IMG/VR virus record: IMGVR_UViG_3300043466_002015
Span: 1,462-65,461 of that record
Source of the DNA: a virus
Lineage: Duplodnaviria > Caudoviricetes
Strand: one strand, 5' to 3'
Length of the DNA: 64,000 nt
Shown piece by piece: positions 37,476-46,467 of this stretch. Each line of letters begins with the position of its first letter. The first letter of the stretch is position 1. Position numbers and translations under genes: made by a program. The notes under the pieces are model-generated. The model searched no databases. It was not told where the DNA came from and worked only from the letters and a program-made list of their open reading frames with translations.

Positions 37476-38774
37476 CTAGCCGTCTTTCGTAATGATCAAT
37501 TCCACTTTTGAGTTGTTGTTTCCAGTAGCGTTCACTATTTCAGTTATCGTATGACCTGAGTAAAGATCCCGGATCAGATCGCAATCGTCATACGTCACTA
37601 CCCATTCCTGGCTTCCACACGTAATCCATTCTTTAAGTCGCATGTGATCATGTGTCAAAAACGAGTGCCGATATAAGCTCTCGCCAGCTATCGCATACGG
37701 AGGGTCAGCAAAAACAAAATCACTGCAACGAAGTTCAATTTGCTCGAAATCACAATGAACAATTTCTACTCCATTCAGCAATTTAGAAAACGCCTGGATA
37801 GTTCGGACTATTCTGTCAGCGTTCCAGCGGCATCCAATTTTGTATTCACTGTCTTGGCGTTTACCTCCCTGCGGTCCACCTGCCAGATAACCGATACCAG
37901 CATGTGAACAGTATTGCAGAATAAGCTTATTCATGGCGACAGTCACGGCATCGCCCTCTATGCCATCAAGATCCTTGGCTTTATACCAATCCTCGACGTT
38001 CGGTCTCCACTTGCTTACCTGCGAAACAAGAAGCAAAGGAGTGTCTCGAACGCACTTCCAAAGCGCAATTAGCGAAAAATCCTTATCCGCAAGTAAAACC
38101 GACTTAAATTGTGTCCTCATCAAATTGCTGATTGCTACGGATCCTCCACCGAGAAAAGGTTCGACGTATCTCTCTGGCGAAAACAATCCTCCACCGGGAG
38201 GCATTACCCTTTCTAACTGTCTCAGCAATTTTGACTTCCCCCCTGGATACCTAAGTAGATTAGCCCCAGGCTTGCTGCGTCTCATTTCAGCCATAGGAAA
38301 TAAGTCTTGCTGTTCAATTTGATGGTTCATGTGCTTTCCTTTCAAAGCTTTAACTAGCGGCTTGGATTGCACATCCTCCCAGCTTATCCACCCGAGTAGC
38401 GACACCACCCCAGAGCGAACAACAGCCATGACAAATCTATGGCATTTCTTTTTTTCCAGTTGTTTTATAAGAGGAATCTTTTGAGATGCCGTAGATTTAA
38501 CATCAACCTTTAGACCTCCGCACACAAAATCAAACCCGTTGTCATAGTTTCTCCCGAAATCAACGTGTTTGCCCATGTATTTCGCAAATGCGCATTCTCC
38601 AATTAGCCCAACCATGTGAGCTTCCTTAGACAGCCCCTTACCCCACTCATCAGCTCTTGCATTGTCACGTTCTTGTCGTCGTTTTGCTTCCTCTTGGCAA
38701 AACACCTCCCATCCACTCTCGATTTGAATATCGATTTCAGTCGGGCTAACACGACCCTTTGTTTCAACAAGCAT
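37476..38774 (-). CDS. N6-adenine DNA methyltransferase (Dam/D12 class) with an N-terminal PD-(D/E)xK-like domain
   Basis: RYPGGKS, EPFLGGGSV and DPPY motifs. N-terminal GE.AFA...GFDF....VDVKS. Confidence 0.85.
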   Translation of the reverse strand: MLVETKGRVSPTEIDIQIESGWEVFCQEEAKRRQERDNARADEWGKGLSKEAHMVGLIGECAFAKYMGKHVDFGRNYDNGFDFVCGGLKVDVKSTASQKIPLIKQLEKKKCHRFVMAVVRSGVVSLLGWISWEDVQSKPLVKALKGKHMNHQIEQQDLFPMAEMRRSKPGANLLRYPGGKSKLLRQLERVMPPGGGLFSPERYVEPFLGGGSVAISNLMRTQFKSVLLADKDFSLIALWKCVRDTPLLLVSQVSKWRPNVEDWYKAKDLDGIEGDAVTVAMNKLILQYCSHAGIGYLAGGPQGGKRQDSEYKIGCRWNADRIVRTIQAFSKLLNGVEIVHCDFEQIELRCSDFVFADPPYAIAGESLYRHSFLTHDHMRLKEWITCGSQEWVVTYDDCDLIRDLYSGHTITEIVNATGNNNSKVELIITKDG

Positions 38775-38786
38775 AACGTCTTTCCC

Positions 38787-39665
38787 CTAAAACAATTCCA
38801 TCAGATCTAACCACAGACCGCCTGCGGCTAGCAACTCTCTCATATCCTTATTGGGACTGGGAATCATAACCCATGCTGAGCTTAGCTCCGCAGCCACCTT
38901 CTTCGCACCAAACAATCCCGGCCAGCAGAAGTTGCATCCCCGACAATTGAGCGTACAGCTTGAAACTACTCCTCGTCTATTGGGTACTTCGTCGCGTTCA
39001 CCGACTACGATCACTCGCTTATCCGGGCAGCATTGCTTGACCATCCTGCGAATGTACTCGCCACCATGTGTGTTGCTGGCGCGTCCTATCGCACACAGAC
39101 CAGCAGACTCACACGCCGCAACATCTGAGCCTCCTTCGACCACCCAAAGAGGACCACGTCGAGTAAACCATTCGGTGGAATAAAACACGCCTGTCGATCC
39201 ACCTTGATTTGTCCTCTTGGAACCGTCAGCATATCGCCTCACGTAGCCAATGACTCGACCGTCATTGTCTCTGCTCGGCCAGCTAGAGTATTCTGCACCT
39301 GACCATTCGTCCCATCCAATTCCTACTCGCAATGACTCGAGAGATTCAACGCTAACTGACAATGCGTCAGCTAATTCGCATCGCTTGTCATGTGCTTTCT
39401 CATGATCAAACATTGCTTTTGCTTCCTTCGTCCAGTCTGCCTTTTTCTCGATCGGTTTAGGTGGAGGAGCAGGCGGAAGCGGGTATTTCAAGACATGATA
39501 CCAGCCCAACCCGCCATTTTTGTCCTTCACCTCGTTCTCCGACTCAACCCGCATGCATCGAACCGCCAGCCCGTCTACTGTCCTTCCGCAGTAGTCAGGC
39601 TTCCCGCAAACTGGGCAAGGCTCTGCCCTCGATACTCGCTTCCACTTGCTTTGGCTCAAGCTCAC
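38787..39665 (-). CDS. Primase-like protein (zinc finger + TOPRIM)
   Basis: CPVCGKPDYC, VVEGGSD, GERD and KDMR motifs. Confidence 0.75.
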   Translation of the reverse strand: MSLSQSKWKRVSRAEPCPVCGKPDYCGRTVDGLAVRCMRVESENEVKDKNGGLGWYHVLKYPLPPAPPPKPIEKKADWTKEAKAMFDHEKAHDKRCELADALSVSVESLESLRVGIGWDEWSGAEYSSWPSRDNDGRVIGYVRRYADGSKRTNQGGSTGVFYSTEWFTRRGPLWVVEGGSDVAACESAGLCAIGRASNTHGGEYIRRMVKQCCPDKRVIVVGERDEVPNRRGVVSSCTLNCRGCNFCWPGLFGAKKVAAELSSAWVMIPSPNKDMRELLAAGGLWLDLMELF

Positions 39666-39680
39666 CGCTCGACTCCTTTC

Positions 39681-41261
39681 CTACTCAACTCGGTACGGGT
39701 TGCTACGTCCTTCATGATTTCCAATTGTGAATCCGTACATATCCCGGACTCTACGCTTTGCGTCATCATTCCCATAAGGAATCATTTTGTACCTCGCTCC
39801 ATTTACTTCTACGGACGCTGGTACGCGAAATCTCGTACCTTGTCGTTCCGCTTCTTTTTTCGCAAAGTACCATGCCTGTTTCCAAGAACCACCAGATTTC
39901 CCAGCTTTGTACAGAGCGCTAATCATTATCTCTTCGCAAGTCTGTTTCTTGGTTGGCTTTTCTTTCTTTTCGATTTCCTGTAGCTCTCCACCAACAAAAT
40001 CTAGCCCTTGAGCCTTTCTCTCTCGTTGACTTGGCTCGTAGCCACACGCAATGCATTTTCCCCCACGGTAGATTGCACCACAGGATGGACATTCAACAGT
40101 CGCTCGAGACTCATGCGTCTTTGCGGGACGCTCGCCCCATTCTAGCGTCCAGTTGATGTCGTCCTCAAAAAAACCATGTCGCCTAATATTATCTGCGTGA
40201 TCGAGAACGATACAGTTTGCCACCTCTGGATGCACTCGGGATCCACGCCCAACCATCTGGCGATAACGAACGACTGACCCGATAGCAGTACAAAGCTGCA
40301 CGCAACCAACGCGAGGAATATCAGTGCCTCGCTCAATCACACCTACGTTGCACAGGTATTGAATCTCGCCACTGTTCAGCCTCTTAAATAGCGATTGACG
40401 ATCTTCATCGCTTGTTTCTCCATCGACGTAATGCGCATTGACTCCATGAGCCCGCAGCAACTCCATTGCTTCATAGGCGTGCGATCGCCTCGGGAAGAAG
40501 CCCACTGTGGCTCGACCGTCAGCCAGCTTCTTCCAGTCACGCACTAAATCACCAGCAAGCCCCTCCATAGCCTTCGCAACGCTTTTCTCGGTATATTCAT
40601 CACCGCTCTTCTTGAGCAATCCCAGCTTGCCCTGGGTGGCTTGAAAGTACCTAAACGGAGACAGGAATCCATTCTCGATCAGCCAGGACGGCGAAGGTCC
40701 ATTGACGATCTTCTTGAACACCTTATTCAACTCTTCGTGCTGCGGAGTTGCCGAGAGACCAAGGATGAACGGAGGTCGCAAGCCCAACGCTTCTCGCTTG
40801 GCGTTATGTGCTTGAAGAAACGTGCGAAATTTGCTGATGTGCGAGTGAATCTCATCCCACACCATGAAATCGTAAGTAAAGTCGGTAGCGTATACATCAC
40901 CATCAACATACCAACTGTTTTTTGTATCGATTGAAGCAACCTGAATTGATTCTATTGGAGATGTGTCGCATCCAGCCATGATTAAACCGTGCGGCAGTAC
41001 AGGATGCTCGTTAAACGAGTTACTGGCGTTTTCGACTAGCCCTCGCCTATGCACCATGAATGCTGCCCTGCCCGACTCGTCGTCTCGCTTCGGTCGATTG
41101 AGGTAGCAGCCCAAAATGTGTTTCGCCACTCTGGTTTTGCCTCCACCTGGGGGCATGCAGGCAATGACGGCGCCGTGTTTCGCAATTGCAACACGAAGAT
41201 CCTGCACAAGATCAACTTGGTAATCTCGCAGATCAGGAACTAGTATTTTCTCTGCTGACAC
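39681..41261 (-). CDS. Superfamily 2 helicase with a C-terminal zinc finger
   Basis: PGGGKT, DEIH, SATP and QMVGRGSR motifs. Confidence 0.92.
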   Translation of the reverse strand: MSAEKILVPDLRDYQVDLVQDLRVAIAKHGAVIACMPPGGGKTRVAKHILGCYLNRPKRDDESGRAAFMVHRRGLVENASNSFNEHPVLPHGLIMAGCDTSPIESIQVASIDTKNSWYVDGDVYATDFTYDFMVWDEIHSHISKFRTFLQAHNAKREALGLRPPFILGLSATPQHEELNKVFKKIVNGPSPSWLIENGFLSPFRYFQATQGKLGLLKKSGDEYTEKSVAKAMEGLAGDLVRDWKKLADGRATVGFFPRRSHAYEAMELLRAHGVNAHYVDGETSDEDRQSLFKRLNSGEIQYLCNVGVIERGTDIPRVGCVQLCTAIGSVVRYRQMVGRGSRVHPEVANCIVLDHADNIRRHGFFEDDINWTLEWGERPAKTHESRATVECPSCGAIYRGGKCIACGYEPSQRERKAQGLDFVGGELQEIEKKEKPTKKQTCEEIMISALYKAGKSGGSWKQAWYFAKKEAERQGTRFRVPASVEVNGARYKMIPYGNDDAKRRVRDMYGFTIGNHEGRSNPYRVE

Positions 41262-41310
41262 AATAGCACCGCCTTATTAAAAAACACGCCATGCCACGCC
41301 CATTTGCCTG

Positions 41311-41907
41311 TTATGCGGACCTAGGCATCTCCAAATCGCCAGCAACAAGTTCCCGCCGTTCAAACACGGTTTCGGCTTTGTAGCCACGATACTTACAACA
41401 CATATCCACGACTAACGGCAATAACTCCTTCAGTCGCGTATTCCAATCTGATGTTCCCGTCGACGACAACACTTGCGCGACCTCTACCAAAAATTCCTTT
41501 TCGTGCTCCGCCTTCGACGAAATTGCGAACTTGCGAGCCTCATAGTTTTCAAACAGTTCAACTAAAGCACCCGAAGACGTAGATTTCTTGTTCATTAGTT
41601 TTCCCTCGTCCATTACCTTGTAACATAGCCTTGTCGCGTTGCGACGATTACTTTTCATCCGACCAAATAATGCAAAATCTTTCGATGTCGATACCCGTAC
41701 TCGCCAATTGTCGAAACTATGCTTTGACGCATAGCTCGCTGCCGCATCTTCGCTGTTCCAAACGCACAATTGATGATCCGCAGTACGGCATAGCGTACTG
41801 GGGTCGATTGTATCCCTCCCGTTTTTGCAAAGAACAAACATCGTAGGTCCGCATAACAATTGATTGCATCGAAGTCCCCGTCGAAGCGTTTTCTGATCTT
41901 TAATCAC
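41311..41907 (-). CDS. Cassette-borne hypothetical protein
   Basis: Stop lies in G|TTATGC at 41310. The start lies within the attC. Confidence 0.6.
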   Translation of the reverse strand: MIKDQKTLRRGLRCNQLLCGPTMFVLCKNGRDTIDPSTLCRTADHQLCVWNSEDAAASYASKHSFDNWRVRVSTSKDFALFGRMKSNRRNATRLCYKVMDEGKLMNKKSTSSGALVELFENYEARKFAISSKAEHEKEFLVEVAQVLSSTGTSDWNTRLKELLPLVVDMCCKYRGYKAETVFERRELVAGDLEMPRSA

Positions 41908-41940
41908 CGAGCGGGGACTCGATGAACCAAAGCGTTATGT
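41851..41940 (+). mobile_element. attC site
   Basis: GCATAAC-AATTGATTGCATCGAAGTCCCCG...CGGGGACTCGATGAACCAAAGC-GTTATGT. Confidence 0.88.
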
Positions 41941-42300
41941 CGACGAATCAGCCCACCCTGGAGGCGTCCAATCCGTCACTGTCTTGCCTTGCTCGATGTA
42001 GCTCAACTCCGATGCCTTCATGCCCCACCTGTCCGCCGCTTCTCGCAATCCATACCCAAGAATTCTTAAGCGGTAATGCCGGAACTTCTCGCCACGTTCC
42101 ATTCGCAAAACGTGCTCGCTGGACACTTCGCCGCGTCCGTCGCAAACGTGACACGGTAATTCACGAACTGGCGGCCCGCTGTGCCCTGGCGCGTATTTCA
42201 CGAAAACCGCCGTCATGGTCTTGTCCCCGTCGCACTCTGGACAGGCGACATAACAACCGCATGCACGGGAGCACTCATCAGCGTCGTTTAGTTTGGTCAT
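41935..42300 (-). CDS. Cassette-borne DnaJ-type zinc finger + XRE HTH protein
   Basis: CPECDG...CHVCDGRG and GLREAA...ASELSYIEQG motifs. The RBS lies in the attC loop. Confidence 0.7.
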   Translation of the reverse strand: MTKLNDADECSRACGCYVACPECDGDKTMTAVFVKYAPGHSGPPVRELPCHVCDGRGEVSSEHVLRMERGEKFRHYRLRILGYGLREAADRWGMKASELSYIEQGKTVTDWTPPGWADSST

Positions 42301-42338
42301 ATCTTTCCTTTCGTGCCCCGTGATGCGGAGCGTTAGGT
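42248..42338 (+). mobile_element. attC site
   Basis: ACATAAC-AACCGCATGCACGGGAGCAC...GTGCCCCGTGATGCGGAGC-GTTAGGT. Confidence 0.9.
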
Positions 42339-42653
42339 GGACGATTTGAGAGCGTCGAGAATAGCATCGAACGTAACTGAATTGTCTCCACGCTTACTGT
42401 CGTACCACGCACGCAATTGGCTTTCTTGCATTTCCGCCAGTTCGTCACGCCAATCTCCGCGAACAATAAACGGCGAGCCTTGGACATGCTTTCGCGTTGT
42501 TGGATCTATAAAACAAACTGCCGTTTCCCACTCCATATATCCAAAGCCCGTCATGCGATGCAAAACGCTGATCCAACAAGTTTCGTTAACCGTCCTAACG
42601 TGTCGCTCCCCGCCTTCGCTGCGGTTGTAGTCTTCTGTTTTGTCTTCAAACAT
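42333..42653 (-). CDS. Cassette-borne hypothetical protein
   Basis: Stop lies in R' at 42333. Confidence 0.65.
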   Translation of the reverse strand: MFEDKTEDYNRSEGGERHVRTVNETCWISVLHRMTGFGYMEWETAVCFIDPTTRKHVQGSPFIVRGDWRDELAEMQESQLRAWYDSKRGDNSVTFDAILDALKSST

Positions 42654-42700
42654 TCTCGTTTACCTCTTTCCTTTCGGCCCGGTGAATCCGAGTGTTATGC
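42593..42700 (+). mobile_element. Half-degenerate attC site (right arm intact)
   Basis: CGGCCCGGTGAATCCGAGT-GTTATGC resembles the right arm at 24534-24559. Only CCTAAC remains of the left arm. Confidence 0.6.
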
Positions 42701-42997
42701 GGACTTAGTTGGTGTTGATCTGAAATAATCCGCTAATCCCAACCCAATTCGTTGCATCTCCCCTGACTCAAAAGCCAACCGCAACCTGTGCATCGCGTTC
42801 GCTGTAGCGTTGTATCGTTGCTCAAGTTCCTCCCAACCTCCCTTTTGATGATCAACCATCATGTGCAACAGACAGTCGATCAAATACAAATCGCTCATTG
42901 GCGTGCCATCATCGTGTGTAAGCATCGAAACCTCCAGCCGCATAACAATCCCATGCACCCAAGCGGCGATCGGGTGCGTTGACTTGGAAACCATCAC
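42695..42997 (-). CDS. Cassette-borne hypothetical protein
   Basis: Stop lies in R'. The N-terminus (PIAAWVHGIVMR) is encoded by the attC arm. Confidence 0.65.
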   Translation of the reverse strand: MMVSKSTHPIAAWVHGIVMRLEVSMLTHDDGTPMSDLYLIDCLLHMMVDHQKGGWEELEQRYNATANAMHRLRLAFESGEMQRIGLGLADYFRSTPTKSA

Positions 42998-43027
42998 CCC
43001 GCCGCTGGGTGATGGGTAGCGTTATGC
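42940..43027 (+). mobile_element. attC site
   Basis: GCATAAC-AATCCCATGCACCCAAGCGGCG...CGCCGCTGGGTGATGGGTAGC-GTTATGC. Confidence 0.92.
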
Positions 43028-43089
43028 AGACCTACTTGAAATCCAGATCCTTCCGCCTGACAAAACGATAAACCAAAGCCGCCGGTCAT

Positions 43090-43494
43090 CTACGCACAGT
43101 CAATAAACTTAAGCACCGTTTCAACCCCAACATCAAGTGGAAAATCGACATACCACAGGATGTGCGAGCCCATCTTTTTTTGCACCGTCCAATACGGTCT
43201 GTCGTGCGACTCGGTGAGAACGCGAAACGGACCCTTAAAGTAAGTGAGCCTCGGAGGACTCTTGCGTTTAGATTCGCTAGTGTCTCTTTCGCATTCTCGG
43301 TCGAAACGCTTGCGGTCATCCGACCAGTAACCAAGCTCTGCTAACCTAGCTTCCATTTCGTGCTTTGGTGCTAGTGGTCTCTTCACTGCAATTGGCATTT
43401 CCAAACTCCATTTACCACAGGGAAATCTTCTGAACAATCTTAACGAGGCGATCTTGTTCGGATGGGTTTTTCTTGATGCGAGCATAATCGTCAA
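43090..43494 (-). CDS. Hypothetical protein (true start probably internal)
   Basis: ORF track. It overlaps the end of the ParB-like gene. Confidence 0.5.
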   Translation of the reverse strand: MTIMLASRKTHPNKIASLRLFRRFPCGKWSLEMPIAVKRPLAPKHEMEARLAELGYWSDDRKRFDRECERDTSESKRKSPPRLTYFKGPFRVLTESHDRPYWTVQKKMGSHILWYVDFPLDVGVETVLKFIDCA

Positions 43495-44173
43495 TCGCTA
43501 AAACAAGCTTGTCGCGGTGCTTGTTCGCGAGAGCCTTAAACTTCTTGGCTTCTGCTTCCAAGTCTTGTGATCCTGCATTCTTGATCTCAGCCAGCAGTTT
43601 CTTGCCGTCGCCACCAGAACGCCTTGCTGCTGCCTTTTGTTTGCCCTTTGGCAGGTCAGCCAGCTTCTTGAGTGCTGGACCTGACAGACTGTCAGCAGCT
43701 TCCTTTGCCTCGTCAGCAATGGTCTCTACCAATTCCGCGCGTTCTACGTCGCGATAAACCTGACGCTCCGAGACGCCAGACTCATTAGCCACCAGTTCCA
43801 CTGCCTCCTGCTTCCCCTTGCCGCCACTGACGTGATACATCACCATTTCCGCCCGAAAGCGAGACATCACGACAGGAGTTAGATTTCGTCTGCCAATAGC
43901 ATCACGCTTCATTCTGTACTCGACATCGTCGATAGTCTGAGCCGATTCGTACACCTGCTGAACTGTGTAAGGAATACCTAATCGCTTACACAGTTCGTAT
44001 CGGTGATGCCCATCCACAAGAACGTCGCCCCACAGCCAGAGCGCGTTGTACGCCTTCCCTTCCTCGATTAGCGACTGTTCGAGAATTCGAATCTCGTCCG
44101 TGTTGAGCGGAGGGATTAGCACCTTGAGACGGTCTAAAACGCGAATCTTGCCAGTAAACGATTTCTTGCTCAT
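43412..44173 (-). CDS. ParB/Srx-like N-terminal domain protein
   Basis: LIPPL..DE...LEQSL..EG, LVDGHHRY and RRNLT motifs. Confidence 0.8.
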   Translation of the reverse strand: MSKKSFTGKIRVLDRLKVLIPPLNTDEIRILEQSLIEEGKAYNALWLWGDVLVDGHHRYELCKRLGIPYTVQQVYESAQTIDDVEYRMKRDAIGRRNLTPVVMSRFRAEMVMYHVSGGKGKQEAVELVANESGVSERQVYRDVERAELVETIADEAKEAADSLSGPALKKLADLPKGKQKAAARRSGGDGKKLLAEIKNAGSQDLEAEAKKFKALANKHRDKLVLAIDDYARIKKNPSEQDRLVKIVQKISLW

Positions 44174-44186
44174 TGCTTTGCCTTTG

Positions 44187-44456
44187 CTAAGCTGACACAG
44201 TTTCAGACATTGCTTGCTCGAGAAGCGAGATGTAACGCGCATCGCACTCCTTCTTTGTCCGCTTCCGCAACGGATAGATTATCTCACTCAACGCTAGCCT
44301 TGCTTGGTGCTCGCTCACCGCAACAACCCATAGCTGCGTAGCGGCAGCAAACTGTGGCATCTCATGCATTGCAAACAATGGAAGCTCACGCTGCCGACTG
44401 TCCTTAATCGCTGCCATCTCATCGTCATGCACCATCGCCGATCGATCTTCCAACAT
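44187..44456 (-). CDS. Hypothetical protein
   Basis: 89-aa ORF in the operon. Confidence 0.55.
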   Translation of the reverse strand: MLEDRSAMVHDDEMAAIKDSRQRELPLFAMHEMPQFAAATQLWVVAVSEHQARLALSEIIYPLRKRTKKECDARYISLLEQAMSETVSA

Positions 44457-44493
44457 AAAAACATTCCCTTCAAAACATTGTTACAAACAAACA

Positions 44494-45285
44494 CTACAAC
44501 TGGACTTTTTTATTCAATGCGGCGTACTTCGCTGCATACACCTTCCTCAGAGGATTCTGCAATCGCTCTGGCTTGTTCTTAAGTTTTTCACCAACCGATA
44601 CAAGCTCCTTGACCCCCTGACATCTGTTCATGTCCAGGCTCCAGCAGTGGACCTCGGCATCAAAAAAGTAACCATCGACCGCACTTTGCAACTCGGCAGA
44701 TTCCTTGCGGTAGAACTTCTCGAGGCTCTCCAGCGAATCAACGCAATCGCACTGGCTGATTGCATCAATCCAACTCTGCTGCTCTTCAGTAACCACAACG
44801 ATTTCCGCTGGTGGGACATGCTGCGATTTGGAACGCGCAATATTATCCTCCTCGCTATCGGGCTGACCGCGAAGGTGAAACGCAGACAGGTACGCAGACT
44901 TGGCAGCATAGCTGATCGCTTTACCAGTGGCTTTATCGCCGTAGTCAAGACCTTGCCCCCATCCAACGATGCATTGTCGATCTTTAGGATCATCGGCATT
45001 GACGAGTTCGATCTGAATGAGGCACTCGGCATACCAAGTGGTTCGTGGTTTCCCGTACTTGTCCATCTCCTCGAAATGCTCCAGCTTTCGGTCACGTATC
45101 TCAATGATCGTGGCGACAACGCCATGCTCAACCAGTGCGTGGCGAAGCTTCTCGTCAATGTCGTCAATTCGATGGTATTCGAACCGATCCCCGTAGTTGG
45201 TCTTTCCACCTTTGCCAACAGCGCCCATGCTCCGCATGACACTTACCAACCTCTGATGCAAATTACTCACTATCTGTCCCTCCAA
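44494..45285 (-). CDS. ERF-family ssDNA annealing protein
   Basis: G.G.D..DKATGKAISYA.K..Y...F motif, adjacent to an exonuclease. Confidence 0.8.
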   Translation of the reverse strand: MEGQIVSNLHQRLVSVMRSMGAVGKGGKTNYGDRFEYHRIDDIDEKLRHALVEHGVVATIIEIRDRKLEHFEEMDKYGKPRTTWYAECLIQIELVNADDPKDRQCIVGWGQGLDYGDKATGKAISYAAKSAYLSAFHLRGQPDSEEDNIARSKSQHVPPAEIVVVTEEQQSWIDAISQCDCVDSLESLEKFYRKESAELQSAVDGYFFDAEVHCWSLDMNRCQGVKELVSVGEKLKNKPERLQNPLRKVYAAKYAALNKKVQL

Positions 45286-46093
45286 GCGTCAAAGAAGCGT
45301 AAACCTTGCGAGCGATCTCAACTCGAGAACGAAGCGTATCGATGTACTTTTCGTCGCGATGAAACTCGAAACACTTGATGCGGTGGTACTCTGGAACAAG
45401 ACGAGCAGCATTGTGCATGTTGTTGACTTTCTCAATCGCAGACTGATAGTGCGTATTGCCCTCGTCGCAATTGAAGCGAAAGTAAAACCGTTTCTTCTCT
45501 TCCTCCACAATCTCATGCGGAGTGTTGACCAAGACGTGCGCCAGCCTAAATCGTTTTCGTCCCGTCAACGCCAAGTACACTTGACCCTGCGCGTAATAGA
45601 TGGGGTCTGGTCTTGTGGTCTCGATAAAAGTCCTGAGAGACCAGGAGCACTTTACATCTTCGACCCATTCTTCTGACACGACGTCAGGTGTGCCGCTAAA
45701 GTGCTCGTCAGACCATGACTCTTCGTTCTTAACTCTGAAATCGCCAGGAACCTGCCTCGTCAACACACCTAGGGCTTCGTCCTCGCACAGCAACCCTTTG
45801 AGGATTTCGTTCGTGACAATAGGCTCCTCGTAACCGTAGACGTTCTTGAGCCACACGTCTCGAATGTACGCCATCGCGGTGGCACCAAATTTGAACTCAC
45901 CGTCTCGCTTTGCAAGCAGCTCATCAAGCTCCACTTGCATGTTCGCAGTCAACGGCTTTGCCCCGTCCCGGCGACGTGCTTCTAGTTCATCGAGCCTAGC
46001 CAGTTGCTTCTCGGTAATCGCGTTTCCGCCAACCATGAGCTGCCCAACCGAAGAGGCGCGAAACTTAACTGACAGGAAGTCAGTGGATTCCAT
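45263..46093 (-). CDS. YqaJ/lambda-type exonuclease
   Basis: FRASS, KG...ED.A, GTPD...EDVKCSW and Y..Q.Q.Y motifs. Confidence 0.85.
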   Translation of the reverse strand: MESTDFLSVKFRASSVGQLMVGGNAITEKQLARLDELEARRRDGAKPLTANMQVELDELLAKRDGEFKFGATAMAYIRDVWLKNVYGYEEPIVTNEILKGLLCEDEALGVLTRQVPGDFRVKNEESWSDEHFSGTPDVVSEEWVEDVKCSWSLRTFIETTRPDPIYYAQGQVYLALTGRKRFRLAHVLVNTPHEIVEEEKKRFYFRFNCDEGNTHYQSAIEKVNNMHNAARLVPEYHRIKCFEFHRDEKYIDTLRSRVEIARKVYASLTLGGTDSE

Positions 46094-46212
46094 AGCAAAT
46101 CTCCCAATATGCTAGTAAAAGTATCAATCTGAACGATTTCAGAACGTCGCAATTCTAACGCTTGCACCCCAGAGTGCAATAGCATGGCGGGAAATAAATG
46201 GAAGAAAATTCC

Positions 46213-46467
46213 CTAGCTCGTTTTGCGATACCCTAGCCTGAAAAGCACCCTTGCCAAGTCCTCGCTGGTCTCGGTGATGGCTTCCTCTCCCAAGTCCCAA
46301 TGGCAGGCGTGTAGCATTTCATGAATGAGCACCTCCAGCTCTCGCTCGCCAGTCAGTGATGGACGAACTGTGATCGTCCTGGTGTCCGCATCACACAGTC
46401 CGTCTAGCTTTGCATGCAGCTTGCCTCGCACGATACGCCAATAGCGACCTCGGAGTCGGCAACGCAT
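46213..46467 (-). CDS. Small HExxH metallopeptidase-like protein
   Basis: GLCD...I.V......LEVLIHEMLHA. Confidence 0.7.
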   Translation of the reverse strand: MRCRLRGRYWRIVRGKLHAKLDGLCDADTRTITVRPSLTGERELEVLIHEMLHACHWDLGEEAITETSEDLARVLFRLGYRKTS

